A DNA stretch of 64,000 bases from Basidiobolus meristosporus CBS 931.73 (taxonomy: Eukaryota > Fungi > Basidiobolomycota): NCBI GenBank assembly GCA_002104905.1, contig MCFE01000238.1, forward strand, positions 1 to 64,000, given 5' to 3'. The first letter of the stretch is position 1; each line of letters starts with the position of its first letter. Both the position numbers and the translations under genes were made by a program. This document shows positions 1 to 11,399 of the stretch, piece by piece. Below the pieces are notes generated by a model. That model saw nothing but the letters and a program-made list of their open reading frames with translations. It was not told where the DNA came from and ran no database searches.

Positions 1-155
1 AAAAGTTATTGTAATGATCCTGTCAAAAGGTTGCCACAAAGTTAAAGTCCTGTGACTAAGAGGTACTGATCCCATCAGGACACCATCCAGAGACTGTTGA
101 AAAATAATTGCATCCCAGATTTCACAAAAAACTTGGTCAAAATTTTTCATACTGA
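1..155 (+). mobile_element. Fragment of the putative left-end region of the CACTA/En-Spm family
   Basis: Sequence (gttattgtaatgatcctgtcaaaagg...aatttttcat) aligns by eye with 22990-23140 and 24155-24300, which follow the CCCTATGAAAA motif; its first part is also present in reverse complement at 38360-38424. Confidence 0.6.
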
Positions 156-159
156 CCTT

Positions 160-1830
160 AACATATATATACACCTGGTGCAATTGACACACATCTATCA
201 CCTCAGCTTTACAGCTTTTTAGTGTAATACTTGCAAAGTTGCTAAATACCTTGTATTGCTGGTAACATACACATCTTGCAAACATATGCTTGATTGCCAT
301 TGCTTTTACCATGAATACCTCTGGAAAATATGCCAAGAACTTCTTGGTATGTAGCCAACATATTGCTTCTCCCAGCAGAATTCTAGTCCCCATTAAAGAT
401 GCGCTGTGGCTCTTATTTTTGTAAGTTCCATATTGTGTGGTATAGTAACTGGTGTGTGACCAATAGAGACCCATCATACTGTGAAGTTGGCTTATGACCA
501 AAAGAAATCCAGCACACCTTGGTAGAGTTGTCCTAATAAAAATTAGTTGCCTGTTTTGCCCAATCCAACTTTACATTACTTAACTATCACCCATGCATTG
601 TGGTTGCTTAGCTTCTTAATGCCAAAGGCATAGGTGTCTCCATGTGCACATCTGTCCTTGGGATTTTACAACTCTTCCTAGCTGTCCTTCATGTGCCAAC
701 TCATTACATCCATTACAGACTTGAAGGTAATATTATTGATGAAATTGGGATATGTTGGTACCCGCAGCTGGACTTGTCTTCCTATCTCCCCACACATCTG
801 CTCCTTAAGAAACTATCAAAAGGTGAAGCAAGGGCTAATGTTATCCACACATCAAGCAAGATGGAGTAGAGAATGGATACAGTAGCAGCAGATATCTAAA
901 TGTTCAGCTTTATGCTGATAGTTTTGTCACTCAAATCCTATCATACATTCCTTACATAAAAGCTGTAGATGTGTCAGGTTGTCATAGGTGATCCACTTCC
1001 AGATAAATATTCTTACAATGTCAGCATCAGACTCCCAATGTTTTCAATGTACACTTGGTAGAATATACCTGGAGCTTAAACAATCTTTTCCTCCTATGGT
1101 GGCGGATTACTGACAAGTTTGTACACCTTGCAAGGGTGGTATTTTCTGATGTGAATGCCATGCAACTGTTAATAGATGCCAGTATTAGGATGAACCCTAT
1201 GTCATGTGTTGCCAGCCTCATGACAGTTTTCCACTTGTACAATGAACATGGTGAGTTGCATCCCAGAATAATTTTGGCAAGAAGTAGGAGTAAATCCTCA
1301 AAGCCCCCATTACTGATATTGGTGGAAACACACCACTTCTCTAGCCCCAACATCACATTGTTTACTAGTAGATGGATTACTTGGCTCACTTGGCTCCATC
1401 AGGTATTCTTGGCATTTTTACACCAGTGTTGTCTCATTGAATATTGGGATTTTGCCAGGCTCATGCAGGGTACTGTTGTGTGGGGAGATAGGCTCACAAT
1501 CCATCAGTGAGCCTTCTTCTTCAAAGCTATCACACTACAGGACATACTCAGAAGGCTGAGGTGAGCCAATATGATTGGCAAACTCACCTACACATGAGTT
1601 TGTTGCAAAGACTGGCAGATGAGGTGCTAGACCTTGCAGTGCTAGCTGAAGACCAGGATGTATGGGAACCAGTGAGTGAACAGTGGCATAGTGCCACAGG
1701 GTACCTGCCACAGTCATGGAAAAAGGGTATTATGGCAGAAATACTTATTGAATGCTGGATTTCAATGGAGAAACTTGTTGAGTGTGGTGTGATGGTGTAT
1801 AGGTCCAAGGGAGAGATACATCCAAAACTT
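160..1830 (-). mobile_element. Deleted CACTA/En-Spm copy Z: Tnp2 transposase remnant (minus) joined to a divergent orphan-ORF fragment (plus, 1595-1830)
   Basis: Reverse complement of 33397-33600, 29315-29981 and 27815-28345, with internal deletions. Includes the region homologous to the HSLLHL..GP...WEFP.ER.CG motif. The plus-strand piece encodes LADEVLDLAVLAEDQDVWEP. Confidence 0.8.
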
Positions 1831-2332
1831 CTCAAGTGTTACTTGTGTGGGGTGCTCACTGGGTGCAATAACCTCAGGCAAAAGCTTGCTAGGAATACTT
1901 GGATACTGTCTCTAATCTAATGTGATGGAGGATAAAGCCACAAGCTTGTCAAGGAAAAACTACTGAGCTACAATCCCCAACTTAGTTAGCATCTTAACAA
2001 AAGTATATGCTGGGTTCCGCATCCTTTGAGATGACAATGTACTAAAGCTTCCAAAGTCCAAACAACTGTAAACTTCACCAGCTGGGACTTGATAAGAATG
2101 CAGCTGTGGTCAATTGTCACAAGGACAGAAAAGTATCTTGGCCTGTATAAGAACTAACTGGGGGAAGAATCAAATATAATAAAAGATACCTGCTCTGAGT
2201 ATTCCTCACAAGTAGTGCCTTCAAGGTGAGTTGGCTGTCAGCACAGTTTCCTAGTAGTGTCCTGTGGTCTGTGGTTGGAAGCTCAGGTAGCAGCAGGTAG
2301 CAGTGATCATACCTATCAACAAGTTGGTATAT

Positions 2333-2944
2333 TGTTAAAAGGGATGATGTTTTATTGTTGAAAGATTGCCCCCCTTATATACTTTTCTCACTGGCAAAGT
2401 GGTTACTAATAATAGTGTTCCAGAAGATTCTGGTGGTCAAATAGAAATCTTAATGACATCAGGATGAGCTAAGAATGTTCCAAGTAGCTACTGGAAGGTT
2501 CTAAGAGGCACAACAAGCCTAACCAATCCAGGATCAGTGTTCTGAAAACTGTGTAACAAAGGGATACTATATATGATATGAAATGGTAGGGATGGTGATG
2601 CAGTTTGGTCATGTGTAACAGGTACTGGTGCAGGTACTGGCCTTATATAGAAGAACTTACCTCAAGTATTCTTACATAAGGTGAGGGATAACTTATGCCA
2701 TAAAGAGGCAGGTGTGATAGTCAGCCATCTTATGGGACAGGACTCATCAAATAAGACAAATGGGATAGCACTAATATAAGGGCAGTAGAATTATTGGGAG
2801 TAGAAAATATGGGAATAAACACATCTGTCAGTAGGTATCACTATAACCCCACTACAGTGGGGTTGGTCTTAATGTTAGTGTTGGGTGAGGGGATTTGTAT
2901 AGGTCAATAAAATTGGCAATCAAGGTATTACTGAAGTTTTAACA
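2333..2944. repeat. Candidate solo LTR (family D, 612 bp)
   Basis: Begins TGTTAAAA and ends TTTTAACA (8-bp terminal inverted repeat, TG...CA); non-coding. Flanks tatat/gaaat are not a clean TSD. Confidence 0.4.
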
Positions 2945-3439
2945 GAAATAAATTAATAGACTTGTTCAATTGGATAGTCCACACTGAGCTATGAATACCA
3001 AATGATGCCATGGTGTGCTGGTGTTATGATCTACCACATGAATGTTTAAGTTAGATCAGTTTTTAGTCAAATCAGTTAGTTTTATATTTAGCCTATCTGT
3101 ATATCAGTGTTATCTATCAAATCAGTAGTGTTAGTCAGCAGATGAATCAGCAGATCCTTATCAGACTGAAACAGATATATAAAGTAGGACCTAATTGGGT
3201 GATGATGATGCAATCAAGTGAGTCATCAGTCACATCCTAAATCAGGAAATACAATCAGTCAGCAATTAATCTGGCAAAATGTACATAAGGAGCTGCAGGA
3301 GCCTCAACAAATATCCGTTCAAGTCTTAGAGAATACAATAATAGCTAAACTCCCTATTCCTCTACAACTCTCATATCAAGACCTGTAACATTGGTAGAAG
3401 TAATGACCAGAAACCTCCCTCATAAAGGAAGAAGAAGTC

Positions 3440-4335
3440 TACTTCAAGATGTCAGAAAATTGAGAATGGAAGAATGCTATGCAACAAATCCTGGACCAAC
3501 AGCAACAGTTACTCCAGATCCATAGTCAGCAGCAATAAGGAATGACTACCATGGCCCAGAGCCAGCAAAGCCCTGTCAAGAGCAACTTCAGTGTGAAGGT
3601 TAACCGGTACCATGGTAGAGTCAATGAAAATCTGGGAACTTGGCACTTTTGGATTGAAGAAGCTTTTAAGGCAAAAGAGTTGTCCCAGAAAGCAAGTTAG
3701 TTTATGCAGCCTCTTACCTGGTAGATGCAGCTTTGCAGTGGTACCACAATAAGATTAGGTCAGTCACCGTGATGGGATGCTCTACAATCTCTACCTGAGT
3801 TGAGGTTGTGTTGAAAATTCAGGATGCTTTTGAACCCCCACACCTACAAACACAACTCAGAAGAAAGTTGAAGACACTCAGACAGAAAGGAATGGCTCAT
3901 GAGTACATCTATGAATATAGATGTCTATTTGGGCAAGTTAAAGGAATGGACTCCCTGGATCAAGTTAAATACTCTACTGGTTGGCAGAAAGAAAGAACTT
4001 GCAAGGAAATGAATTATCAAAGACCTCAGACTATTGATGAAGCCATTAAGATTGCCATCAGCAATTACTCAGCTATGTTTGAAGTGGGGAAGCCCATAAT
4101 GACTAATCAGAGAAGCCATAATCACTATGAAAGAAAACAATCAGAAGCAGTGCCAATGGAAATAGATGCTATGCAGAAAAATCCCAATTCAGAAGTATGT
4201 AAGAAGAAAGGACTTTGCTTTATTTGCCACCAGCAGGGACATATTGCAAAGCACTCTCCTCAGAGAAGATATGGACACCAGTCAACAAGAACGCTCATCT
4301 ATATTGAAGCCCTTGAGTGCAGTGATATGGAGTAA
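3440..4335 (+). pseudogene. Gypsy gag remnant (capsid plus zinc knuckle)
   Basis: ORF 3808-4335 has a retrotransposon-gag-like region and a degenerate knuckle CFICHQQGHIAKHS; the upstream part is broken by stops. Confidence 0.85.
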
Positions 4336-4339
4336 ACAA

Positions 4340-6720
4340 TGAAGTTCCTGCCAAGATCATGATTGACTCAGGTGCATTACATGAGTACATGTCAGAGCAA
4401 CTTGCCCTGAAAGCTGGTATCAACTGGGAACCTACCAAATCAAGTTCAGCCGTAACAGCTGATGGGAACTCTCACATAAACAGCTGTATTACTCAGCCAG
4501 TAAAAATGAAGATCAATGATTATGAAGAAGCCCTACTGGCCTATATATTTGAGAACTGCAAGTTTGTTCTTGTACTTAGAGAATCTGGCTATTTTGCCAT
4601 AAAACATCACTCAACTGGAGAACCCATGCTGCTGAGATCAAGAAGGACAACAAGACCTATGAGCTATTACCTACAAGACTGGATTTCAACCTGGTCAATT
4701 TCAGTGTGTGAGTTACAAGTGAGCTTTGAAGCTGAGAGAACAAGATATATGGCAAGCTAGCAAAGTGTGAAGGAACACATTGAAAAGCTGGGACACATGG
4801 TGACTAGCATAGAGGTGATCTTAGACCCCAAGAAGGTGGAAGTCTTCAAGAATCTGAAGCAGCCTCATAGCATATCAGTACTTATGTTGTTCTTTGGAAT
4901 GATTTCCTATTATTGGAGACTTGACAAGTTCTTTGCAGGTATTTCAGCCATGTTAAGTGATATTATCAAGAAAGACAACACCCTGAAGTGAGATATAGCC
5001 TGTGAAGCTGCCTTCCAGATGCACAAGAATGAACATGCTAAGCTGCCATGCTTAAGAATCCCAGACTTTGGAAGAGAGTATACTCTGTTTGCAGATGCTT
5101 CAGACTATTCCATTAGTGGAGTACTGAGCCAAGAACATGAAGGAAAGGACTAACCAGTTGCTTTGAGTCTATGAAAATGAACTCAACAGAATAAAACTAT
5201 TCAGTGCATGAGAAGGAGATGCTGGCCATAATACACTGCTTGAAGACCTGGAGTTGCTACATTCAGGGAGTCAAGTGCACTGTGAAGACTGATCACACCT
5301 CATTCAAGTATATACTTACTCCAAGAATACCATTCAGATTAAAAACAAGATGGAGTGAATATATTCAAAGAATTGACTTGGAGATTGTCTACTGCCCTGG
5401 AAAAAACAACATGGCTGCTGATACCTTATCAAGACTAGAATAAGCTGCACAACTAAACCTGATGCATGAATTAGATTAGCCTAGCTTATTACCAATGCAC
5501 TTAGAGGACTAAGCCATTCCTAATGAGGTGGATGAAGAAATCAAGCTGATAATCTGGAATGAAGCCAGCAAATTTATAGCACAGGATGAAACACTCCACC
5601 AAATTGCTGATAGAAGCTCTATTGCCTATTACTCTTATGTAACTTGCCTGGACTCAATACATAAGCTACGCAATTGATACAGACATCTTGGAATTGAAGG
5701 AATCTATAACCTTGTGAAAGCCAGAGCACAGTGGCTCAGAATGAAACAAGATATTGAGAAGCTAGTGAAACATGCCCTAATTGCCAAATCTATCAAGGCC
5801 AACCACAGAGAATTGCTGAACTCTTTCCCCTGGAGTCTAAGAGACCATTTGAGAGATGGGGAACTGACTTTACTGGAAGACTGCCACTACCAGGAAATGC
5901 AACCAGTGGATCCTTATAGCAATTAACTTTGCCACTAAAAGGCCAGTGGCTCAAGCTGTACCTGGTGCCAGTGAACAAAAAGTCTCAAGTTTCATCTACC
6001 AGGAGATCCTTATGAAGTTTGGATACCCTGTAGCAATTTACCCAATTGAGGAGCAAACATTATGGCAAAGACACTGCAAGCTTGGCTGGAAATGCAGGAG
6101 TTAAACCACTTGATAATTTTGGCATATCACCCCAGAACCAATGGAGTCACAGCATGGATTAATGGATTATTTGGAAAAATGCTGACCAAGTATTCAAATA
6201 GAGCTGTCAGTAGATGGGATGAGCATATAGACCAAGCTCTTTTTGCATGCAGAGCTAGAGTAGACAATGCCTCCCAACAATTGCCAATTTACTTAGTGTA
6301 TGGATGTGAGCCAAAGACTCTAGGAGATCCCACATTGCCAAAGCTTACACATGCCTTAGGGAAATGACCTTAGTTGGCCAAGTAGACACTGCCAGCTGAA
6401 ACAAAGATGTCAAGGGGCACAGGCCAAAGCTTTCTAAAGTGCAGAAAAGATGAAGCTGAGATTTGATAAGACTATATCACCAGAAGCATCAACAGTTAGG
6501 AACCTTACATTGCCAAGAAATAACACTTAGAAGAAGTTTGAGACACAATGGAAAGGACCTTTGAGGATCATCAGAAAATGTCCTTTTGTAACTTACCAAC
6601 TAGTGGACAAACAAGAGAATATCCAGGAAGATTTAGTTCATAGAGACAGACTCAAGCTTGCAAGACATGCTGACTATACTGAGCAATCAAGATATTGGTA
6701 TCACAAGAAAAGAGATTCAT
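4340..6720 (+). pseudogene. Gypsy pol remnant: aspartic protease, RT C-terminus (RT core deleted), RNase H, integrase
   Basis: IDSGA protease motif at about 4362. The sequence jumps near 4700 to LRENKIYGKLAKCE/LGH, so no YxDD core remains. RNase H motifs ADAS, HEKEMLAII and ADTLSR are present, as are integrase fragments (AYHPRTNG, W...IDQALFACR). Many stops and frameshifts. Confidence 0.88.
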
Positions 6721-7738
6721 GAGAGCCCTCTCAATTGTAGTTGGGGAGAATATTTTGTTCTACTGCCTGAATGTTTAAGTTAGATCAGTTTCTAGTCAAA
6801 TCAATTAGTTATATGCTTAGCCTATCAGTATATCGGTGTCATCTATCAAATCAGTAACATTAGTAAGCAAATGAACCAGCAGATCCTTATCAGACAGAAA
6901 TAACTATGAGGTAGGATCCTATTGGGTGATGATGAAGCAATTAAATGAGTCATCAGCCGTAACCTACATTTGGAAATACAATTAGTCAGAAATTGATCTG
7001 GCAAATTGTATATAAGGAGCTGCTGGAGCCTGAATAAAAATCAGTTCAAGTTTTAGTGAATGCAATACTAGCTAAACTCTCTATTCCTCTACAACTCTTA
7101 TACCAAGATTTGTAACATTGGTAGCAGCAATAACCAGAAACCTCCCTCCTGAAGGAAGTAGAAGCCTCCCTCAAGATGTCCAAAAATCAAATGAGTCATC
7201 AGCCACAACCCACATTAGAGAATACAATTAGCCAGCAATTGATCTGACAGAATGTCTATAAGGAGATGCTGGAACCTCAATAAAAATCAGTTCAAGTTGT
7301 AGTGCATACAACACTAGCAAAACTCCCTATTTCTCTATAACTTGTATAGCAAGACTTGTAACACTGGGGAGACCAAATGAATCTATACTTGGCCACAGAG
7401 TATGCTGCATAGACCTTCACCTTCATGCAAATCAGCCCCATGTTTCACTCACTGTGCTGGAGAAAATCCATTTTAGTACTTCTTTTTGAGATCACTGTTG
7501 CGCATATTATGAAAGAGCACAGTAGAACTGGCATCATGCATGTGGTACTCAATACCCATAGCACTTTGAATCTAGCTCCTGTGTCTTGTAACACATCACA
7601 ATAATGCATGGTACTATCTTGATCCACTGGTACTACCTGGCACTACATGTACTTTCTATAAGTTTTGCTCTGGGGCTGATATTTGATATTATAGTGCCAA
7701 TGGACCAAAATAGCACCATGCATTTTGTGACATATCAC

Positions 7739-8085
7739 TGTTGTAAGAGTTTTGGAGACATTGGAAGTGATTAGGTGAGCAATTAGATTATGTGGTTTTC
7801 ACATAGTGATTCATTAAATGTAAAAGCAGTATTTATACTTTTACAAGGTCTTGGCATTGCATACATTTAGAATAGGTTTAGGAAGGTTCCAAACATATAT
7901 GCAAAGCTTGGGGCTATTTGAGCAACTTATAGAATTTTCATGTTCTGGCTACTTGATATTTTGGTGAAAATATTCCAAGTAAATCCCAACAAGATTTTTG
8001 GTCAGTATTCTCTGAGATCTGAAGGTACTGGTGTAAGTGAATAAGTTAGGTGAATATTCAGGTGGAATTACAAATTTTTGCAACA
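7739..8085 (-). repeat. Solo LTR of Copia family B
   Basis: TGTTG...CAACA; reverse complement of the LTR at 37361-37709; no TSD recognised (atcac/gttgt). Confidence 0.8.
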
Positions 8086-8314
8086 GTTGTTTGAGTAGGC
8101 CCACTTGTAACTCAATGGTAACTCCATTGCTTGCCATAATACCATTGTTGTGCTAATGGAAAGCAACTTGGTCCCATTAATGATTTCAGCACAAAGGGTG
8201 AAGCACAGGGGCTGCTTTGCATGACAATGTTCAACTATACTTTACGCTCTGAGGCGAAGTATAGGTCCACTTTGCCTCCCTGGCACACTTAAGCATCACT
8301 TGGCACTCATGTCT

Positions 8315-8344
8315 CCATGTGGCACTATCTAATGGAGCAAATCT
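8315..8344 (+). repeat. Isolated terminal inverted repeat of the PHIS (Pangu-like) family
   Basis: atgtggcactatctaatggagcaaatct aligns with the element end at 33366-33393 (atgtggcactatccaacagaacaagtct). TGGCACTA-like subterminal motifs occur upstream (about 7630-7700 and 8280-8310). Confidence 0.6.
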
Positions 8345-8971
8345 TTTATGTTTCCAAAGAAGCACTGCTGACTATAGTAATTACTACAAGACAAGAGCTG
8401 AAGGGGAAGCTGAAAAGACAAACCAATTGATTTTGCCCTGAATCTCAAAAGAAATAATGAAGACTGCAGAAGATTGAAAGGTAAAGAATGTCTAAGGAGG
8501 GAGAAAGAGTCACCAGCAGGTGAAATCTTGATTTCAGCTGAAACTAGCTAGCACTACTATTGTAACTTTGGTATCAGAGTGTGTAGCAAAGATACAGTGG
8601 TGTCCACCTGCAATATTGTATTAAACTACCTATATGACTTATCCCTTTTGGGCTCCAAATGTATGCTTTATTCTCACTCTGAGAAAATCAAATATCTCAT
8701 TGTTGAGCTGCTGATTCCTACTGAGCATAACATTCCTTGACTGCCAACTACCAGCAATATGTTTTAATCTCTGGCAATCCTCCCCTATTTAAGCCAGGCT
8801 ACTATACATTTCCCACTTCTACCTAGTACTGGATCACTCTCTACCCAGAAAGTTTTGGCATAGCTACATCCAGAAAATGACATGTTAGACCAGATAATGC
8901 TAACCTCAATTTTGGACAGTGCTTAAAACTTCATATAACATGCCTTGTATTTGCCAGAATAGTGAAGCTTC

Positions 8972-11169
8972 TGTTGCAATTTAAGAAGTGATTTGGATAT
9001 AAGGAACTTATCAAGAAATAGTGATAATAGTTGAACTGTTGTTTATTCATAAAGAAGCTCAGTATTTATACCTTTGTAGAAGTAATACAGCTGCAACACT
9101 AAGTAGGGAGGGTTTCTCAATATTCAGGAGCATTCTGTAACAGTTTCAGGGTTAGTACATAATGTTTGGTAATAGTGCTAATTTGATCCTGACTATAGGG
9201 GAATAATCATAAGATCATATATCTGGAGAAAGTGGCGAAGTTAAGGCCGTAAATGAGTTATACAATGACTAAGACTAGCCTAGAATTGTTAAGTAAATTT
9301 TTAGCTGCTGAATGATACCAAATAGTCCAATATTTCAACACTCCCCCTCAACTAAATAATTTCTTAATCCCAATTTCTCTCTAAGGATCTCAAGCTGTGG
9401 CCTAGCTAGTGGTTTTGTCAATATGTCTGCCACCATTTTGTCAGTTGGGCAGTAAACCAGCTCTACTAAGTTACTTTCTACAGCTTCCCTCACAAAGTGA
9501 TGCTGTATATCAATGTGCTTGGTTCTGGCATGATTAGTAGGATTTCTAGCTAATGAAATACAACTTTGATTATCCTTGTAAATTCATGTTGGTTCACCTG
9601 AATTAAAACCTAAGTCTTTGAATAATTTTTGTAGCCATATAGCCTCCTTAGTTGCTTGACATGCAGCCACATATTCGGCTTCAGTTGTAGATAGTGCCAC
9701 AGTTGGTTGTTTCTTGCAATTCCAAGTAATAGCTGCACCCGCATAAAGAAATACATAGCCTGTGGTAGAGCATCTGTCAATCAGGTCCTTACCCCAATCT
9801 GAATCACTATAACCTTCAAAATTTTGCCTATTAGCTGATAAACCTTTCTTACGGGAATAGTCTTTAAGTTGCTGAACCAATCCTTTATACCACAAATATG
9901 CTGTGATGCTCCAGAGTCAATATACCATTCATTACTTTGGTTACTTGCACTCTCTGGTACAGTGACAAATAACTGTTCATCAGTAGTTATATGGTTTGCC
10001 TGCTCTAGTTTCTGTTTTTTGTCTGCTTATTTCTTCTTGCATTCTCTTGCCCAGTGTCCTGGCTTCTTACAGTAGTTACAGCAGCCAGGTTTTCTTTGGT
10101 TTTGTTGCTTTCCCTTCTTTTCTGTATGCCTTTCTGAACTGAATAAAGCATTATCTTCAATTTTCTCTGCTTGATCATTACGTCTGAGTTCTTCACGGAG
10201 AAGTCTTCCTTTGACATAGTCTAAAATCAAGTTGTCTTCTCTGCTTTCAAAAGAAAGTATGAGTGGCTCATACTTGTCTGGTAGGCTGCAAAGCAGACAG
10301 AGTATCTTTTCTTCATCATCTACACCAGCATTAATACTGTAAAGTTCTTCTGCAAGTGTCTCCATTCTGGTAATGAGTTGTAGCATGTCATCATCTGGCT
10401 TTTTTCTCATGTTGAAGAACTTTTGTTTCAAATAAAACTTGCTTGATACTGACTTTGCTCTAAAGATCTTCTCTAAGGATTCCCATGCTGCTTTGGCAGT
10501 ATTTGAGGCATGGATTTGTCCAATGAAGGAATCTTGCACATTGATGCATATTGCATTGAAGGCCTTTCTCTCCTTCTCTTGAAACTTCTCCACATCTTCT
10601 GCTGTTCCTTTGGGCTCAACTACCTTTCCTGTTACTATGTTCCAAAGCTTTCTTTCCTTAAGGTGGATCTGCATCTTGATTCTCCAAAGTCTGTAGTTCT
10701 TCCCATCAAACCTCTCCTTTACAGGGAAGATGTTGGTATTGCTTTGTTTGCTGGTAGAAGTCATCTTTAGAATAGATTAAGTCAATTGGGGCTCATAACC
10801 TGTTGCAATTTAAGAAGTGATTTGGATATAAGGAACTTATCAAGAAATAGTGATAATAGTTGAACTGTTGTTTATTCATAAAGAAGCTCAGTATTTATAC
10901 CTTTGTAGAAGTAATACAGCTGCAACACTAAGTAGGGAGTGTTTCTCAATATTCAGGAGCATTCTGTAACAGTTTCAGGGTTAGTACATAATGTTTGGTA
11001 ATAGTGCTAATTTGATCCTGACTATAGGGGAATAATCATAAGATCATATATCTGGAGAAAGTGGCGAAGTTAAGGCCGTAAATGAGTCCTACAGTGACTA
11101 AGACTAGCCTAGAATTGTTAAGTAAATTTTTAGCTGCTGAATGATACCAATTAGTCCAATATTTCAACA
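8972..11169 (-). mobile_element. Young non-autonomous Ty1/Copia deletion derivative (family A), 2198 bp
   Basis: 369-bp LTRs at 8972-9340 and 10801-11169 with 5 mismatches by eye; 5-bp TSD GCTTC on both sides; PBS GGTTATGAGCCC (10789-10800, minus); PPT (ctccccct at 9341). Interior is gag, protease N-terminus (WYIDSGAS) and RNase H (GYSDSDWG...ALSTTEAEY); integrase and RT are absent. Confidence 0.96.
10027..10764 (-). CDS. Copia Gag protein, 245 aa (UBN2-like gag plus CCHC knuckle)
   Basis: Open ORF with FDGKNYRLWRIKM and CNYCKKPGHWAREC; ends at a TAA where the sister copy has CAA (near 14370). Confidence 0.85.
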   Translation of the reverse strand: MTSTSKQSNTNIFPVKERFDGKNYRLWRIKMQIHLKERKLWNIVTGKVVEPKGTAEDVEKFQEKERKAFNAICINVQDSFIGQIHASNTAKAAWESLEKIFRAKSVSSKFYLKQKFFNMRKKPDDDMLQLITRMETLAEELYSINAGVDDEEKILCLLCSLPDKYEPLILSFESREDNLILDYVKGRLLREELRRNDQAEKIEDNALFSSERHTEKKGKQQNQRKPGCCNYCKKPGHWARECKKK

Positions 11170-11399
11170 GCTTCTGCCTACTAAAAGGTCTATCAATTCC
11201 TACTGGGAAGGTATCCCAATACTCCTGGTATGGAACCTGTTGCTAAACACCCCTCAGGAGCTTGTCTGTTATAGATATCTCTGGTGAGCACAAAGTTGAA
11301 TACTTTATGGGATACATAATAGTGCTCACTATTCATGGTGACCATCATACAAAGATAATACTAACAATATGGGGATACAATTGGGATAAAATTATCATG

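Larger units (their letters stand above)
3022..7363 (+). mobile_element. Degenerate Ty3/Gypsy LTR retrotransposon with tandem LTR-internal-LTR-PBS stub-partial LTR structure
   Basis: LTRs at 3022-3390 and 6751-7117 and a 3' half LTR at 7189-7363 (TGTTA...TAACA). PBS-like TGGTAG(A/C)AG follows both full LTRs; PPT ggggagaa at 6743-6750. The whole unit is flanked by a 4-bp direct repeat CTGG (3018-3021, 7364-7367). Contains gag, protease, RT C-terminus, RNase H and integrase remnants. Confidence 0.92.
8640..11260 (-). pseudogene. PHIS/DDE_Tnp_4 transposase remnant (copy 3), split by a Copia insertion
   Basis: 8640-8971 and 11170-11260 are reverse-complement homologues of 32650-33060; removing the Copia and one TSD copy restores the contiguous transposase sequence. 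Confidence 0.75.

Noticed and set aside
8235-8264. Hairpin ctatactt...aagtatag as a Helitron 3' end
   Set aside because: No CTRR terminus follows, and no Rep/helicase remnant was recognised.
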